DNA of 64,000 nucleotides from the NCBI GenBank assembly GCA_051531975.1, contig JAOPTT010000014.1, forward strand, positions 135,167-199,166. Direction: 5' to 3'. Both the position numbers and the translations under genes were made by a program. Shown in pieces: positions 48,963 to 59,140 of this stretch (position 1 is the first letter of the stretch; each line of letters starts with the position of its first letter). Below the pieces are notes generated by a model. The model saw only the letters and a list, made by a program, of their open reading frames with translations, did no database searches and was not told the origin of the DNA. The stretch is from Spirochaetaceae bacterium. GTDB lineage: Bacteria; Spirochaetota; Spirochaetia; DSM-2461.

Positions 48963-50535
48963 GTTTTTACTATTATCAGGAATAGGTATAGTTCTTTTTT
49001 CACTATCATTTCCTGGATATTTTAACGAAGATGGCTTATCAATGTTTGCATTTATAGCTATGTTACCTATGTTTTATATGATATCTGAAATGAACTATAA
49101 GGAATCTATATTTTATGGTTTCATTTATGGTGTTGGAACTTATCTAATGTTTAACTACTGGCTAAAAACATTTGATCCAGTAACATTCTCTGTTCTACCA
49201 ACGATAATGGGAATATACCACATATTATTGTTTCTATTATGTAAATATATTTATAACAGTTTTAGTAGATTAGCTTACATCCCTTTAACTCTTGCTTGGT
49301 TGGCATACGAGGTATTTAAAGGTGAAAACTTTGTAGGTTATACATATGGGACATTAGCACACTCCATGTACCGAACCCATATATTTACAGGAATAGCTGA
49401 TTTCACCGGAACCTATATAGTATCTTTACTTATAGTTTTTCCATCAGTTTTTGTCGCAGTTCTACTAGTAAATGGTGTTAAAAGTTTAAGTAAAAATCAA
49501 CTTTTTACACCGATAATAACTTACAGTATAGTTATGATTTTTTCTATTCTATATACACAGATCCAGAAAATAGATTATTCAGATTCAAGAAAACTTAAAG
49601 TAGGGATTATCCAACATAATATAGATTCATGGGCAACTGGAGAGTCTGGAGCTAACTCACTATATAGGGATACATTAAATAATCTTCTGGAGTTAAGTAC
49701 TGAGGCCCAAAAATCTGATCCAGATGTTGTTATTTGGTCAGAAACAGCCTTTGTTCCAGCTATAGAATGGCATAAAAAGAATAAATCCAACTTATTTAGG
49801 CTAAATCTAATTAAAGAGTTAGAAGCTTTTGTTAGTAAATTTGATGCTGACTATATAATCGGTTCAAATGAGACTATTGATTTTGATGAAGAACCAACTA
49901 AAAGATATAACTCTCTCTATCATTATGTTGGGAATCAGTCTGTATCTCGGTACAGAAAAATGAAATTAGTTCCATTCACTGAAATGTTTCCATTTCCAGA
50001 ACTCATGCCTTGGTTATATACATATATAAAATCAATTGGCGGAAAAGATCTTAGCCCTGGAGAGATACAGATTAATTTTAATATAAAAGGTGTTAAAGCT
50101 ACCCCATTAATTTGTTACGAAGATACATTTTCTTCTGTTGCCAGAGATGGTATAAAAAATGGTGGTGACTTAATAATAAACGCAACTAACGATGCCTGGA
50201 GTACAGAACCATCTTGTAGCAAACAACATCTTTCAGCATCAATCTTTAGAACAATAGAAAACAGACGATCTTTTGTTAGAGTTGGTACTGGTGGATATTC
50301 TGGGGTTATTGACCCTAATGGAAAAATATTAACTTCGTTGCCTGTATTAATTAGAGGGCAATTAAGCTACGATGTACCTATCTATAATGAAAAAACGACA
50401 TTTTATACTAAATTTGGTGACATAATAGAAAAAATATTTTTAATTATTCTTTTAATATTTGTGGCTATTAGACCTTTTAAGTCCATTCGCCTTGCTCTAC
50501 AACCAACGAAGATAGCAAAGTTAAGTCAGGAGTAA
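48943..50535 (+). CDS. lnt: Apolipoprotein N-acyltransferase, copy 2
   Basis: WSET, YRKMKLVPF, ICYED and TNDAW motifs; colinear with copy 1. Confidence 0.93.
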   Translation: MIKKHIKFLLLSGIGIVLFSLSFPGYFNEDGLSMFAFIAMLPMFYMISEMNYKESIFYGFIYGVGTYLMFNYWLKTFDPVTFSVLPTIMGIYHILLFLLCKYIYNSFSRLAYIPLTLAWLAYEVFKGENFVGYTYGTLAHSMYRTHIFTGIADFTGTYIVSLLIVFPSVFVAVLLVNGVKSLSKNQLFTPIITYSIVMIFSILYTQIQKIDYSDSRKLKVGIIQHNIDSWATGESGANSLYRDTLNNLLELSTEAQKSDPDVVIWSETAFVPAIEWHKKNKSNLFRLNLIKELEAFVSKFDADYIIGSNETIDFDEEPTKRYNSLYHYVGNQSVSRYRKMKLVPFTEMFPFPELMPWLYTYIKSIGGKDLSPGEIQINFNIKGVKATPLICYEDTFSSVARDGIKNGGDLIINATNDAWSTEPSCSKQHLSASIFRTIENRRSFVRVGTGGYSGVIDPNGKILTSLPVLIRGQLSYDVPIYNEKTTFYTKFGDIIEKIFLIILLIFVAIRPFKSIRLALQPTKIAKLSQE

Positions 50536-50851
50536 TGAAATTACCATTAGAATCTAATTCTAATTTAACAACACCTTGTACAGCGTTAATTGGCAATTCT
50601 CCATAAACGTGAGGATAATTCTCATCCATATTAAATAGGTTTTCTAATTTAATTTCTGAATCAATTCTCTTTTCATTGATACAAAGAATAACAATATTAC
50701 TCTGATTTTTGTAATAGGCATTTGCAATTTTAAGTATCTGATCTTCAAATGAACAATGAATATATCCTTCCACTGCTAATGATGTTGGTTGGTAAGTTAA
50801 ACCTGTTTTAACTGTATTCCACTTTGTTTCTGTTAAAATGTGATAAATCAT
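50477..50851 (-). CDS. DUF952 family protein
   Basis: MIYHI, EGYIHCS and YPHVYG motifs. Confidence 0.88.
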   Translation of the reverse strand: MIYHILTETKWNTVKTGLTYQPTSLAVEGYIHCSFEDQILKIANAYYKNQSNIVILCINEKRIDSEIKLENLFNMDENYPHVYGELPINAVQGVVKLELDSNGNFITPDLTLLSSLVVEQGEWT

Positions 50852-50860
50852 ATTTTCCTC

Positions 50861-53665
50861 TTATTCAATAATTTTTAGAGACTCTAATACATTAATTATA
50901 TCATTATTTACTTCAGTGTAAAATAAAATTAAAAATGATTTATTATTTTTATATTTAATAGGAAGAATTATGGCTTCTTTAAAGTTCTCTTTAGTCTCAA
51001 AAATGTCCTTGAAAGAAGTAGTATTAGTTTTATTCAAAACTATAGCATTACTACTTAAAACTGCTTCACCTAAGGCTCCTTGAGTCATTTCTGCCATTAA
51101 TTTCTCTACAACAGAAAGTTCAACTGCTAGATTAACAATTACTTCGTTATCGTAAATGACAGCTGCTGCATGAGTATTAAACTCTTTAGTTATTTTTAAC
51201 ATACCTTTGTATAATTGAGCACTAGAAGTTGGAAATTGTTCTAAATACTGATCAAAATTATATCCATAGGTACCATATGATTCAGTTTCAAGTTCATCTT
51301 CTTCATTATCGCCTTCTTCATATAGCCCTAAATCAAAATCAGTGACACTTACAATACTCTCTTGTGAATCTTCTGAATCTTCCCCATCTGTAATTTCATC
51401 AAGAAGATGTGTTAATTCATCAGAGGAATATGTCTCGTTTATAAACTGACTTAAATCAATAATTTTTATCTCTTCAGTAGAAGTTTCCATCTCTATAGTA
51501 TCTCTAATACGTTTCTCTTCTTCTTCTGGAGAATCAAACATATAGATGTCTTCAACTTCATCTAACTCTTCTAAAAAGCCTTCCTCATCGTTGACTTTAT
51601 CAAACTCTTCGACTTCATCTAACTCTTCGACTTCATCTAACTCTTCGACTTCATCTAACTCTTCGACTTCATCTAACTCTTCGACTTCATCGAACTCTTC
51701 GACTTCATCTAACTCTTCGACTTCATCAAGCTCTTCGAGTTCATCAAATTCCTCGAGTGTATCTAACAAGCCTTCCTCGTCGTCGGATTGATCTATATCA
51801 TGAATCTCTTCAATTTCATCAATACTATCGATATCTTCGAATTCAACAAGCTCTTCAGATGTGTGCACATTGTCATCAAGCTCTTCGATTTCATCAAGCT
51901 CTTCAGATGTGTGCACATTGTCATCAAGCTCTTCGATTTCATCAAGCTCTTCAAGTTCTTCGACTTCATCGAGCTCTTCAGATGTGTGCACATTGTCATA
52001 AAGCTCTTCAACTTCAATTGGCTTCATGTCAGAGAAATCATCACCATCATCCAACTCATCCAACTCATCAAGTTCATCAAGTTCATCAAGTTCATCAAGT
52101 TCATCAAGTTCATCAAGTTCATCAAGTTCATCAACTTCATCAACTTCATCAAGTTCTTCTAACAAACCTTCCTCGTCGTCGGCTTGATCAACTTCATCAA
52201 GCTCTTCGACTTCTTCAACGTCGATAGGTTTCATATTAGAGAAGTCATCTCCGTCATCTAATTCATCAACTTCTTCGACTTCAATCGGCTTCATATCAGA
52301 AAAATCATCTGGATCTTTTACGGCTTTTGCTTTACGTGTTGTAGTACCTTTCGAAGTAGGAACAGCTAGTCCCTTTTCAAAACCTTTAACTTTAACACCT
52401 TTGGATAAAACTCTTTCAAGTATTTCTTCTATTTGGTCAGCATCGATTTGTACACTTTCTTGTTTTTGTTCTTTAGGAATTTTTGAAGAAATAACTTCAA
52501 TAATATCTTCCCAACCTGAGTTTATCAGTTTATCTACTTCTTCTTTATTTTTAGTACCATATGCTCCAAGATTTTTTAATAATTCAGAGTGAACTTGTTT
52601 TTTTCGGGCTTTAATTTCATCTTGCCAATGAGCCCAATCAAGATCACCTTTACTTTCTACATAATCCTGTAAAAATTTTATTTGGAACTTCTTAATTCGA
52701 TTTAAAAGAATTACATTTTTATCCTGCTTAATATTAATTACAACAAAATTTACAAACAAAATTACAACAAATAAAGTGAGTAATAATAAGAACTTCATAT
52801 AACTTGTAAGATTTAATTCAGATGCTCTAACAATTCGCCCAACTGCACCTATATCATCGATAGATTCTGTAAAAAGTATGTAGGAGTCATCATCACTAGC
52901 ACTTATATATACTTGTTTCAAAGGGGATGTTTTATTCCAAATAGTATTAACATCATCTTTAATCAGGTCAAATTGACTCCTAGTTAAGTTGAAAATTACA
53001 CCGCCAGACTTTGCAACAAATGCTTCTTCTGAAGAAGATATATAACCTTCTTGAGATAACATATACCTATACCCACTAATACTTACATAAAAAAGGGCGA
53101 TCCCTTTAAATTGTTCATATTTATCTATAAAAGGAATTATATATAAAAATTGATTAGTATCTTCTAAATATTTAATTTCAAAACCAGTCTCATTTTCTAG
53201 TTCAACTGAAGTATAGAAATCGTTATCTTCAACCTGATTTATATTATAATAATTTCTTCTTTCACTATCTTCTGATCTAATATCTGTTGGAATTGTACTA
53301 AATTGGATTCTTTTTCCATCTATTGATAACACTCTAATTGAGTCAAATCCTGGAACCGATAAATGTAATTCATCAAAAACTTTATCTCTTTGGATTATAG
53401 TCTCTTTTGTAAATGTACTTTCAAATATATTATTAATATTTTCAGTTTTTAAAACTTCAGCTAATTTGTTTTGGTTATCAGAATGCATAACTTCTAACAT
53501 AGTAATTGAACTTTGAAGAGAAGTAGAAATGTTTTGGGATATTCGTTTACTAAAAAAGTTAGTTTCAATATATTCAAAACCACCTGAAAAAGTAACATAC
53601 AAAAAGGTTGTAAATATAATAAGTGAGGTAGTGATACTTATAGTAATCTTAGTTGTGGATTTCAC
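50861..53665 (-). CDS. Membrane protein with a periplasmic Cache-like region and a long acidic cytoplasmic repeat tail
   Basis: Two TM helices flank ~260 aa, followed by more than 300 aa of E/D-rich repeats and a small C-terminal globular domain. Confidence 0.85.
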   Translation of the reverse strand: MKSTTKITISITTSLIIFTTFLYVTFSGGFEYIETNFFSKRISQNISTSLQSSITMLEVMHSDNQNKLAEVLKTENINNIFESTFTKETIIQRDKVFDELHLSVPGFDSIRVLSIDGKRIQFSTIPTDIRSEDSERRNYYNINQVEDNDFYTSVELENETGFEIKYLEDTNQFLYIIPFIDKYEQFKGIALFYVSISGYRYMLSQEGYISSSEEAFVAKSGGVIFNLTRSQFDLIKDDVNTIWNKTSPLKQVYISASDDDSYILFTESIDDIGAVGRIVRASELNLTSYMKFLLLLTLFVVILFVNFVVINIKQDKNVILLNRIKKFQIKFLQDYVESKGDLDWAHWQDEIKARKKQVHSELLKNLGAYGTKNKEEVDKLINSGWEDIIEVISSKIPKEQKQESVQIDADQIEEILERVLSKGVKVKGFEKGLAVPTSKGTTTRKAKAVKDPDDFSDMKPIEVEEVDELDDGDDFSNMKPIDVEEVEELDEVDQADDEEGLLEELDEVDEVDELDELDELDELDELDELDELDELDELDDGDDFSDMKPIEVEELYDNVHTSEELDEVEELEELDEIEELDDNVHTSEELDEIEELDDNVHTSEELVEFEDIDSIDEIEEIHDIDQSDDEEGLLDTLEEFDELEELDEVEELDEVEEFDEVEELDEVEELDEVEELDEVEELDEVEEFDKVNDEEGFLEELDEVEDIYMFDSPEEEEKRIRDTIEMETSTEEIKIIDLSQFINETYSSDELTHLLDEITDGEDSEDSQESIVSVTDFDLGLYEEGDNEEDELETESYGTYGYNFDQYLEQFPTSSAQLYKGMLKITKEFNTHAAAVIYDNEVIVNLAVELSVVEKLMAEMTQGALGEAVLSSNAIVLNKTNTTSFKDIFETKENFKEAIILPIKYKNNKSFLILFYTEVNNDIINVLESLKIIE
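51603..51746. repeat. Intragenic 18-bp tandem repeat (EELDEV)n
   Basis: Seven near-perfect copies of aactcttcgacttcatct plus one degenerate copy. Confidence 0.92.
52065..52127. repeat. Intragenic 9-bp tandem repeat (LDE)n
   Basis: Seven perfect copies of tcatcaagt, flanked by variant copies. Confidence 0.92.
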
Positions 53666-53691
53666 GTTATATTAACCTCTAAATTTTAAAT

Positions 53692-53720
53692 AAAAAAAGG
53701 AGACACATACGTATCTCCTC
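53692..53720 (-). terminator. Intrinsic terminator after rplQ
   Basis: GAGGAGAUAC...GUGUCUCC followed by a U tract on the minus strand. Confidence 0.8.
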
Positions 53721-53751
53721 TAATTATCGTCTATTATATAGATAATATTAA

Positions 53752-54132
53752 CTACTCATCACCATTTTTTTCAGCTGTTTTTTCAACAAGCTCAAGAATT
53801 ACCATTTCAGCTGCATCACCTTGACGTTGACCAAGCTTTAATGTTCTTGTGTAACCACCAGGTCTTTCAGCAAATAATGGAGCAATATCAACAAATAATT
53901 TGTTTAATATTCCTTTATCCCACATTACTTTTGCAGCCATTCTTCTGTTATGTACAGAATCTATTTTTGCTCTAGTAATAAGCTTTTCAGCTGTTCTTTT
54001 GATTTCACCAGCTTTAGCTTTAGTTGTAGTAATTCTCTCGTGCTTAAATAATGAAGTCACCATATTTCTATGTAGAGCTTTTCTGTGACTTGATTTTCTT
54101 CCAAGTCTTTTAAATCCTACTCTATTATGCAT
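53752..54132 (-). CDS. rplQ: 50S ribosomal protein L17
   Basis: [19 protein letters not shown] and RPGGYTR motifs. Confidence 0.98.
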   Translation of the reverse strand: MHNRVGFKRLGRKSSHRKALHRNMVTSLFKHERITTTKAKAGEIKRTAEKLITRAKIDSVHNRRMAAKVMWDKGILNKLFVDIAPLFAERPGGYTRTLKLGQRQGDAAEMVILELVEKTAEKNGDE

Positions 54133-54134
54133 AA

Positions 54135-55175
54135 CTAATCTTCCTTATTCTTTTCAAGCTTAATTGTATTTTTAAGTACACTATAATCTGTCATACCTAA
54201 TGTTAAATTCCAATCTTTAAGCTTATCTTTAATTTCTAAAAGAGACTTTTTACCAAAGTTTCTTGTTTTAGCAATTTCATCCTCAGTTTTCTGAGTTAAT
54301 TCACCAATAGTTTTAATCTGAGCATTCTTAAGACAATTACTAGATCTAACTGAAAGTTCAAGTTCCTCAACAGCAGTAGCTAACAATTCGTTAATCTTCT
54401 CCTGCTCTTCGTCTCTCTCTTCTTCACCTTCGATACAATTCTCATCAAAATTGATAAAAACAGTAAATTGATCTTTAATAATTTTAGAAGCTTCAGCTAT
54501 AGCATCTTCAGGTCTAATTGAACCGTCTGTCCATAACTCAAAAACTAATTTATCAAAGTCTGATCTATCACCAACTCTAGTATTCTCAATATTATATTGA
54601 ACTTTTCTTATAGGAGAAAAATCCGAGTCCATAGGAATGGTCCCAACAACATCAATATATTTCTCATTTAACTCTGAAGGAACATAACCTCTACCTAATT
54701 CAACTTGTACTTCGATTTCGAAGTTAGCTTCTGGCATAGTGTTACATAACACAAGTTCTTTGTTAAAAATCTCAATACCATCTTTTTCAAGATCTGCTCC
54801 TGTAAGCTGACCTTCTCCAGTATATTCGACTAAAATTGTTATTTGTTCTACATCTTCTGGAAGACTTAATTGCAATCTTTTTAAATTAGCTAAAAAGATT
54901 GGAGTCTCTTCGACAACATGTGGAATTGATTCAAACTCACTAGCAATAACTTTAGAAGTTCCTTCATTATCAAAACTGGTTATACGTACTGATGTTACCG
55001 CATGCCCCTGTATTGAGGAAAGAAGAACTCTTCTTAAAGTATTACCAAGAGTCGCCCCATATCCCCTTTCAAACGGATAAGCAGTAAACTTTCCGTAATT
55101 AGGAGTTGTCTCTGAATGTTCAAATGATATACCTTTTGGTTTTTTTAAACCTTTAAGTAAAGATTTTCTAGCCAT
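54135..55175 (-). CDS. rpoA: RNA polymerase subunit alpha
   Basis: [21 protein letters not shown] and [12 protein letters not shown] motifs. Confidence 0.98.
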   Translation of the reverse strand: MARKSLLKGLKKPKGISFEHSETTPNYGKFTAYPFERGYGATLGNTLRRVLLSSIQGHAVTSVRITSFDNEGTSKVIASEFESIPHVVEETPIFLANLKRLQLSLPEDVEQITILVEYTGEGQLTGADLEKDGIEIFNKELVLCNTMPEANFEIEVQVELGRGYVPSELNEKYIDVVGTIPMDSDFSPIRKVQYNIENTRVGDRSDFDKLVFELWTDGSIRPEDAIAEASKIIKDQFTVFINFDENCIEGEEERDEEQEKINELLATAVEELELSVRSSNCLKNAQIKTIGELTQKTEDEIAKTRNFGKKSLLEIKDKLKDWNLTLGMTDYSVLKNTIKLEKNKED

Positions 55176-55232
55176 ACATTCTCCTCTTTAGAATATGCTG
55201 TGCAACAGCCATCAACACATGCGAGCATGCGT

Positions 55233-55261
55233 TAAAAAAGTACTGCAAAAAAGCAGTACTT
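55233..55261 (-). terminator. Terminator-like hairpin between rpsK and rpoA
   Basis: AAGUACUGC-U6-GCAGUACUU followed by further U residues on the minus strand. Confidence 0.6.
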
Positions 55262-55267
55262 CTAGCA

Positions 55268-55648
55268 TTAAACTCTCCGACTCTTTCTTGGTCTACAACC
55301 ATTATGAGGTATTGGAGTAATATCAGTAATTGTTTTAACTCTTAAACCAAGTGTACCTAAAGTTCTAATTGCAGATTCTCTACCTACACCAGGACCTTTA
55401 ACATACACATGAACTTCTTTCAAACCCATATCTATTGCTTTACTTACTGCAGTTTCAGCTGTAGTTTGTGCAGCATATGGAGTTGATTTTTTAGCACCTT
55501 TAAAACCTAAAGATCCAGCACTACTCCATGATAGAGCATTACCTTTTAAGTCTGTTACAGTAACAATCGTATTATTGAATGTTGCTTGAACATATACTTT
55601 ACCTTCATATACGGTTTTTTTTTCTTTTCTTTTCTTAACCTTAGCCAA
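55268..55648 (-). CDS. rpsK: 30S ribosomal protein S11
   Basis: [15 protein letters not shown] and [10 protein letters not shown] motifs. Confidence 0.98.
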   Translation of the reverse strand: MAKVKKRKEKKTVYEGKVYVQATFNNTIVTVTDLKGNALSWSSAGSLGFKGAKKSTPYAAQTTAETAVSKAIDMGLKEVHVYVKGPGVGRESAIRTLGTLGLRVKTITDITPIPHNGCRPRKSRRV

Positions 55649-55665
55649 CTAAATATCCCCCGCTA

Positions 55666-56031
55666 CTACTTTTTCTTTCTAGCAACTGTTTTAGCTTTAC
55701 CCTTACGAGTTCGAGCATTAGTTTTTGTTCTTTGCCCACGAACCGGAAGTTTTCTTCTATGTCGAAGACCTCTATAACACCCTATATCCATTAAACGTTT
55801 AATATTTAATGAAACTTCAGATCTTAATCTACCTTCAACTGTATATTCTTTCTCAATGATGTCTTTAATTTTACCTAAATCATCTTGAGTAAGGTCTGCT
55901 GTTCTTACATCGTGGGCTAAACCAGCTTCGTCACAAATTAGACATGCTGTAGTTCTACCGATTCCGTATATATATGTAAGAGCAATAGATAAATGCTTAT
56001 TAGGTAAATCAATACCAGCTATTCGAGCCAT
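55666..56031 (-). CDS. rpsM: 30S ribosomal protein S13
   Basis: MARIAG and [26 protein letters not shown] motifs. Confidence 0.98.
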   Translation of the reverse strand: MARIAGIDLPNKHLSIALTYIYGIGRTTACLICDEAGLAHDVRTADLTQDDLGKIKDIIEKEYTVEGRLRSEVSLNIKRLMDIGCYRGLRHRRKLPVRGQRTKTNARTRKGKAKTVARKKK

Positions 56032-56039
56032 TCTTCCTC

Positions 56040-56156
56040 CTACCCTTGTCTCTGCTTATGTTTAGGGCTTGCACTGCAAATAACCCTAACAATACCATGT
56101 CGTCTGATAATTTTACACTTATCACACATTGGTTTAACACTAACTCTAACTTTCAT
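56040..56156 (-). CDS. rpmJ: 50S ribosomal protein L36 (absent from the ORF track, 38 aa)
   Basis: Manual translation gives [38 protein letters not shown]. Confidence 0.97.
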   Translation of the reverse strand: MKVRVSVKPMCDKCKIIRRHGIVRVICSASPKHKQRQG

Positions 56157-56168
56157 TATCTTCGTCCT

Positions 56169-57476
56169 CTAAAGTTTGCTTGATCTAAGCTTACCCTTTT
56201 TTACAAGTCCATCATGATGATGCATTTTTAAATGCCCTTCAATCTGACTCATTGTATCAAGATCAACACCTACCATAATTAGTAATGAAGTTCCTCCCAT
56301 TAGATACGCAACTTGCTGTGGGAATTGAAACAAAATTATAATCAATGACGGTATTAGTGCTATAAGCGCCAGAAATAGGGAACCAGGAAGTAGTATTCTG
56401 TTGAGGATCCTACTTAAATGGCTTTCCATATGTTCTGCTCTAATACCAGGTATTGAACCACCATTCTCTCTTATATTCTTAGCAATTTCAAGAGGGTTAA
56501 CAGTAACCTGTGTATAAAAATATGCAAAAAACACAATTAAAAGTGTTAATACAATTAAATAAGGAAAAGAGTGAGGTGCAAAAATCTCTGCGAATTTTGA
56601 CCAGCCTGCACTTTTATTACCTAACATCTTAGCTAATTGTGGAATAATTGCTGTTATTGACGAAGCAAAAATTACCGGAATAACTCCAGATGGATTAACT
56701 TTGAAAGGGATATAGGTATTAGAACCTGCTCTCTTTGCATAGTTAATAGGAATTCTTCTTTGTCCTTGCTGCTCATAAATAACTGCTATAACAATTACAA
56801 TAAATAACATTACTGTTATAAGAATAAATATTGGGTTTAAATTATCAGCTTTTACTTCTTCTATTAAAAGACTAAAAGCTCCCGGCATCTTAGATACAAT
56901 ACCTGAGAAAATAATTAAAGAAACTCCGTTACCTACACCTTTCTGAGTAATTTGCTCACCCATCCACAGTACAAACATCGTTCCGGCTGTTATTGTAATT
57001 AACGCTACAAAATAAAACATAGTAATTGAAAAAGAACTATTGATTACATCAATACTCTTTACCCATGTAATTGAAGCAAAACCTTGAACTAAACACAATA
57101 AAACAGTTCCATACCGAGTAATTTTGGTAATCTTCTTTCTACCACCGTCTTCTTCTTGAATCTTCTTCAAAGAAGGAAATACAATTAATAATAATTGCAT
57201 AACAATAGACATTGTAATGTAAGGCATTACACCTAACATAAAGATTGAACTCTGTTTAAAAGCACCACCAGCAAAAAAGTTTAAGTATTCTACAATACCT
57301 AGACTGTTTCCAGTACTTGTCTGTTGCTCAAAGTAATTTTTTAATGCGTGTACATCGATCCCAGGGATCGGAAGTACAGAACCAAGTCTATAAACTAACA
57401 ATATTCCTAGAGTATAAAGGATCCTCTTTCGAAGATCCTTTACTCTGAACATGTCAACTAGTGGATTTCCAGCCAT
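56169..57476 (-). CDS. secY: Preprotein translocase subunit SecY
   Basis: SIFMLGVMPYI, GVGNGVSLIIF, GVIPVIFA and GGTSLLI motifs. Confidence 0.98.
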   Translation of the reverse strand: MAGNPLVDMFRVKDLRKRILYTLGILLVYRLGSVLPIPGIDVHALKNYFEQQTSTGNSLGIVEYLNFFAGGAFKQSSIFMLGVMPYITMSIVMQLLLIVFPSLKKIQEEDGGRKKITKITRYGTVLLCLVQGFASITWVKSIDVINSSFSITMFYFVALITITAGTMFVLWMGEQITQKGVGNGVSLIIFSGIVSKMPGAFSLLIEEVKADNLNPIFILITVMLFIVIVIAVIYEQQGQRRIPINYAKRAGSNTYIPFKVNPSGVIPVIFASSITAIIPQLAKMLGNKSAGWSKFAEIFAPHSFPYLIVLTLLIVFFAYFYTQVTVNPLEIAKNIRENGGSIPGIRAEHMESHLSRILNRILLPGSLFLALIALIPSLIIILFQFPQQVAYLMGGTSLLIMVGVDLDTMSQIEGHLKMHHHDGLVKKGKLRSSKL

Positions 57477-57500
57477 AATTATTCCTGTTCAAATAGTTTT

Positions 57501-57941
57501 TTATAAAACTTTCCCGCCAGCTTTTTCTATTTTTTCTTTAGCACTAGCAGAAATTTTAACTGATTCAATTTCTAATTTCTTAGTAATATCACCAGCTGCG
57601 AGAATCTTAACAAGTTTCTCAGATCTTTTAATTAGACCATTTGCTACAAGAGTATCAAGATTAACTTTGTCACCATCGTTAAATCTTTCCTCAAGCTGAT
57701 CTAAATTAACAGCTTGATACTCTTTCTTAAATGGATGGTTAGAAAAACCCCTTGAAGCGATTCTTCTAAAAAGTGGCATTTGACCACCCTCGAAACCTAA
57801 TTTAGTTCCACCACCACTTCTTGAGTTCTGACCATTACTACCACGACCAGACGTTTTTCCAAGACCAGTTCCCCGACCTCTTCCAAGCATTTTTTTATTT
57901 TTATTAGCACCCTTTGGTGCATTTAAATTAAAATCACTCAT
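57501..57941 (-). CDS. rplO: 50S ribosomal protein L15
   Basis: GRGRGTGLGKTSGRG and GFEGGQMPL; start moved to MSDFNL. Confidence 0.96.
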   Translation of the reverse strand: MSDFNLNAPKGANKNKKMLGRGRGTGLGKTSGRGSNGQNSRSGGGTKLGFEGGQMPLFRRIASRGFSNHPFKKEYQAVNLDQLEERFNDGDKVNLDTLVANGLIKRSEKLVKILAAGDITKKLEIESVKISASAKEKIEKAGGKVL

Positions 57942-57942
57942 A

Positions 57943-58251
57943 TCAGCTGATCTCCTCAACCGTAACAAGGTGTGAAACTGTTCTAACCATGCCTAGTATA
58001 GCAGGATTTACAACTTTTTCAACTTTAGAATTTATTTTTTTCAAACCCAAAGCTTTTACAGTTTTAATTTGATTAGGTTTCTTACCGATTGAACTCTTTA
58101 CAAGCGTAACTTTTATCTTTACAGAATCAGCTATTCTTGAGTCTAAATCTTTAAGTAACAAATTTAAAGCTTCACTCTTTTTTACTAGTGAAGTCTTCAT
58201 TTTTTTATTTGGTGTAGGTAAATACCTATCACCTCTAACTCTACTAGACAT
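57943..58251 (-). CDS. rpmD: 50S ribosomal protein L30 with N-terminal extension
   Basis: C-terminal ~60 aa is L30 ([11 protein letters not shown]...ALGL...GM). The most plausible start is the ATG at 58251, just after the rpsE stop. Confidence 0.9.
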   Translation of the reverse strand: MSSRVRGDRYLPTPNKKMKTSLVKKSEALNLLLKDLDSRIADSVKIKVTLVKSSIGKKPNQIKTVKALGLKKINSKVEKVVNPAILGMVRTVSHLVTVEEIS

Positions 58252-58252
58252 T

Positions 58253-58759
58253 TTAACCCCACAACTCGTTAATAGACTTTCCTCTAGCATCTGCAACTTC
58301 TTTTGCATTTAATAGATTTGAAAGGCCATCGAATACTGCTTTTTCAATATTCATTGTGTTTTTAGAACCTAAAGACTTAGCAAGTACATCTTTTATACCT
58401 GCACACTCCATAACAGCTCTAACCGGTCCACCAGCAATAATTCCTGTACCAGGTGTAGCAGGTTTTAAAAGTACAGAAGCACTTTTAAAGTTACCTAATA
58501 TCTGATGAGGAATGGTATCACCTTTTAAAGGAATAGTAATTAAGTTTTTCTTTGCATCAGCAACACTTTTTCTAATAGCTTCAGTAACGTCGTTTGCTTT
58601 ACCAAAACCGTAACCAACTCGACCTTTCTGATCTCCTATTACCATAAGTGCAGAGAAAGAAAACCTTCTACCACCCTTTACTACTTTAGAAACACGATTT
58701 AACCGAATAAGTTTTTCAGTAAATTCTTTGTCAATATTTCGTTTTGAATCTCTTCTCAT
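58253..58759 (-). CDS. rpsE: 30S ribosomal protein S5
   Basis: [17 protein letters not shown] and PGTGIIAGG motifs. Confidence 0.98.
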   Translation of the reverse strand: MRRDSKRNIDKEFTEKLIRLNRVSKVVKGGRRFSFSALMVIGDQKGRVGYGFGKANDVTEAIRKSVADAKKNLITIPLKGDTIPHQILGNFKSASVLLKPATPGTGIIAGGPVRAVMECAGIKDVLAKSLGSKNTMNIEKAVFDGLSNLLNAKEVADARGKSINELWG

Positions 58760-58770
58760 AAGAATCTCCC

Positions 58771-59130
58771 CTAGAACTTTATTCCGGCTTCTCTTGCAGC
58801 TTCAGCTATTGCCTTAACTACACCGTGATATTTATATCCATTTCTATCAAAAACAATAGACTCAATTTTGGCTTCTTTAATTCTAAGGCCAATTACTTGA
58901 CCTATCTTAGTTCCACCAGCGATATTCGACTTAGTACCCTTTAGTTCTGCTTCTAATGTAGTTGCAGAAACTAAAGTGTGACCAGAAACATCATCAATTA
59001 ACTGAAGACTTATGTTTTTATTACTTCTGAATACAGTTAATCTTGGTTTAGTCGCAGTACCGCTTAAAGTCTTTCGAATATGATTTTTTCTTTGAGCTCT
59101 ACGCTTGTTCTTTTCTATTACTCTTTTCAT
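58771..59130 (-). CDS. rplR: 50S ribosomal protein L18
   Basis: PRLTVFRSN and [10 protein letters not shown] motifs. Confidence 0.98.
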   Translation of the reverse strand: MKRVIEKNKRRAQRKNHIRKTLSGTATKPRLTVFRSNKNISLQLIDDVSGHTLVSATTLEAELKGTKSNIAGGTKIGQVIGLRIKEAKIESIVFDRNGYKYHGVVKAIAEAAREAGIKF

Positions 59131-59140
59131 GATTCGTTAC

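Noticed and set aside
51546..52227. Plus-strand Ser-, His/Gln- or Ile/Lys/Phe-rich repeat ORFs
   Set aside because: They are antisense shadows of the in-frame tandem repeats in the acidic membrane protein.
56157..56168. Absence of adk, map and infA after secY, and of rpsD after rpsK
   Set aside because: This is a known operon variation in spirochaetes and other lineages, useful for taxonomy but not novel.
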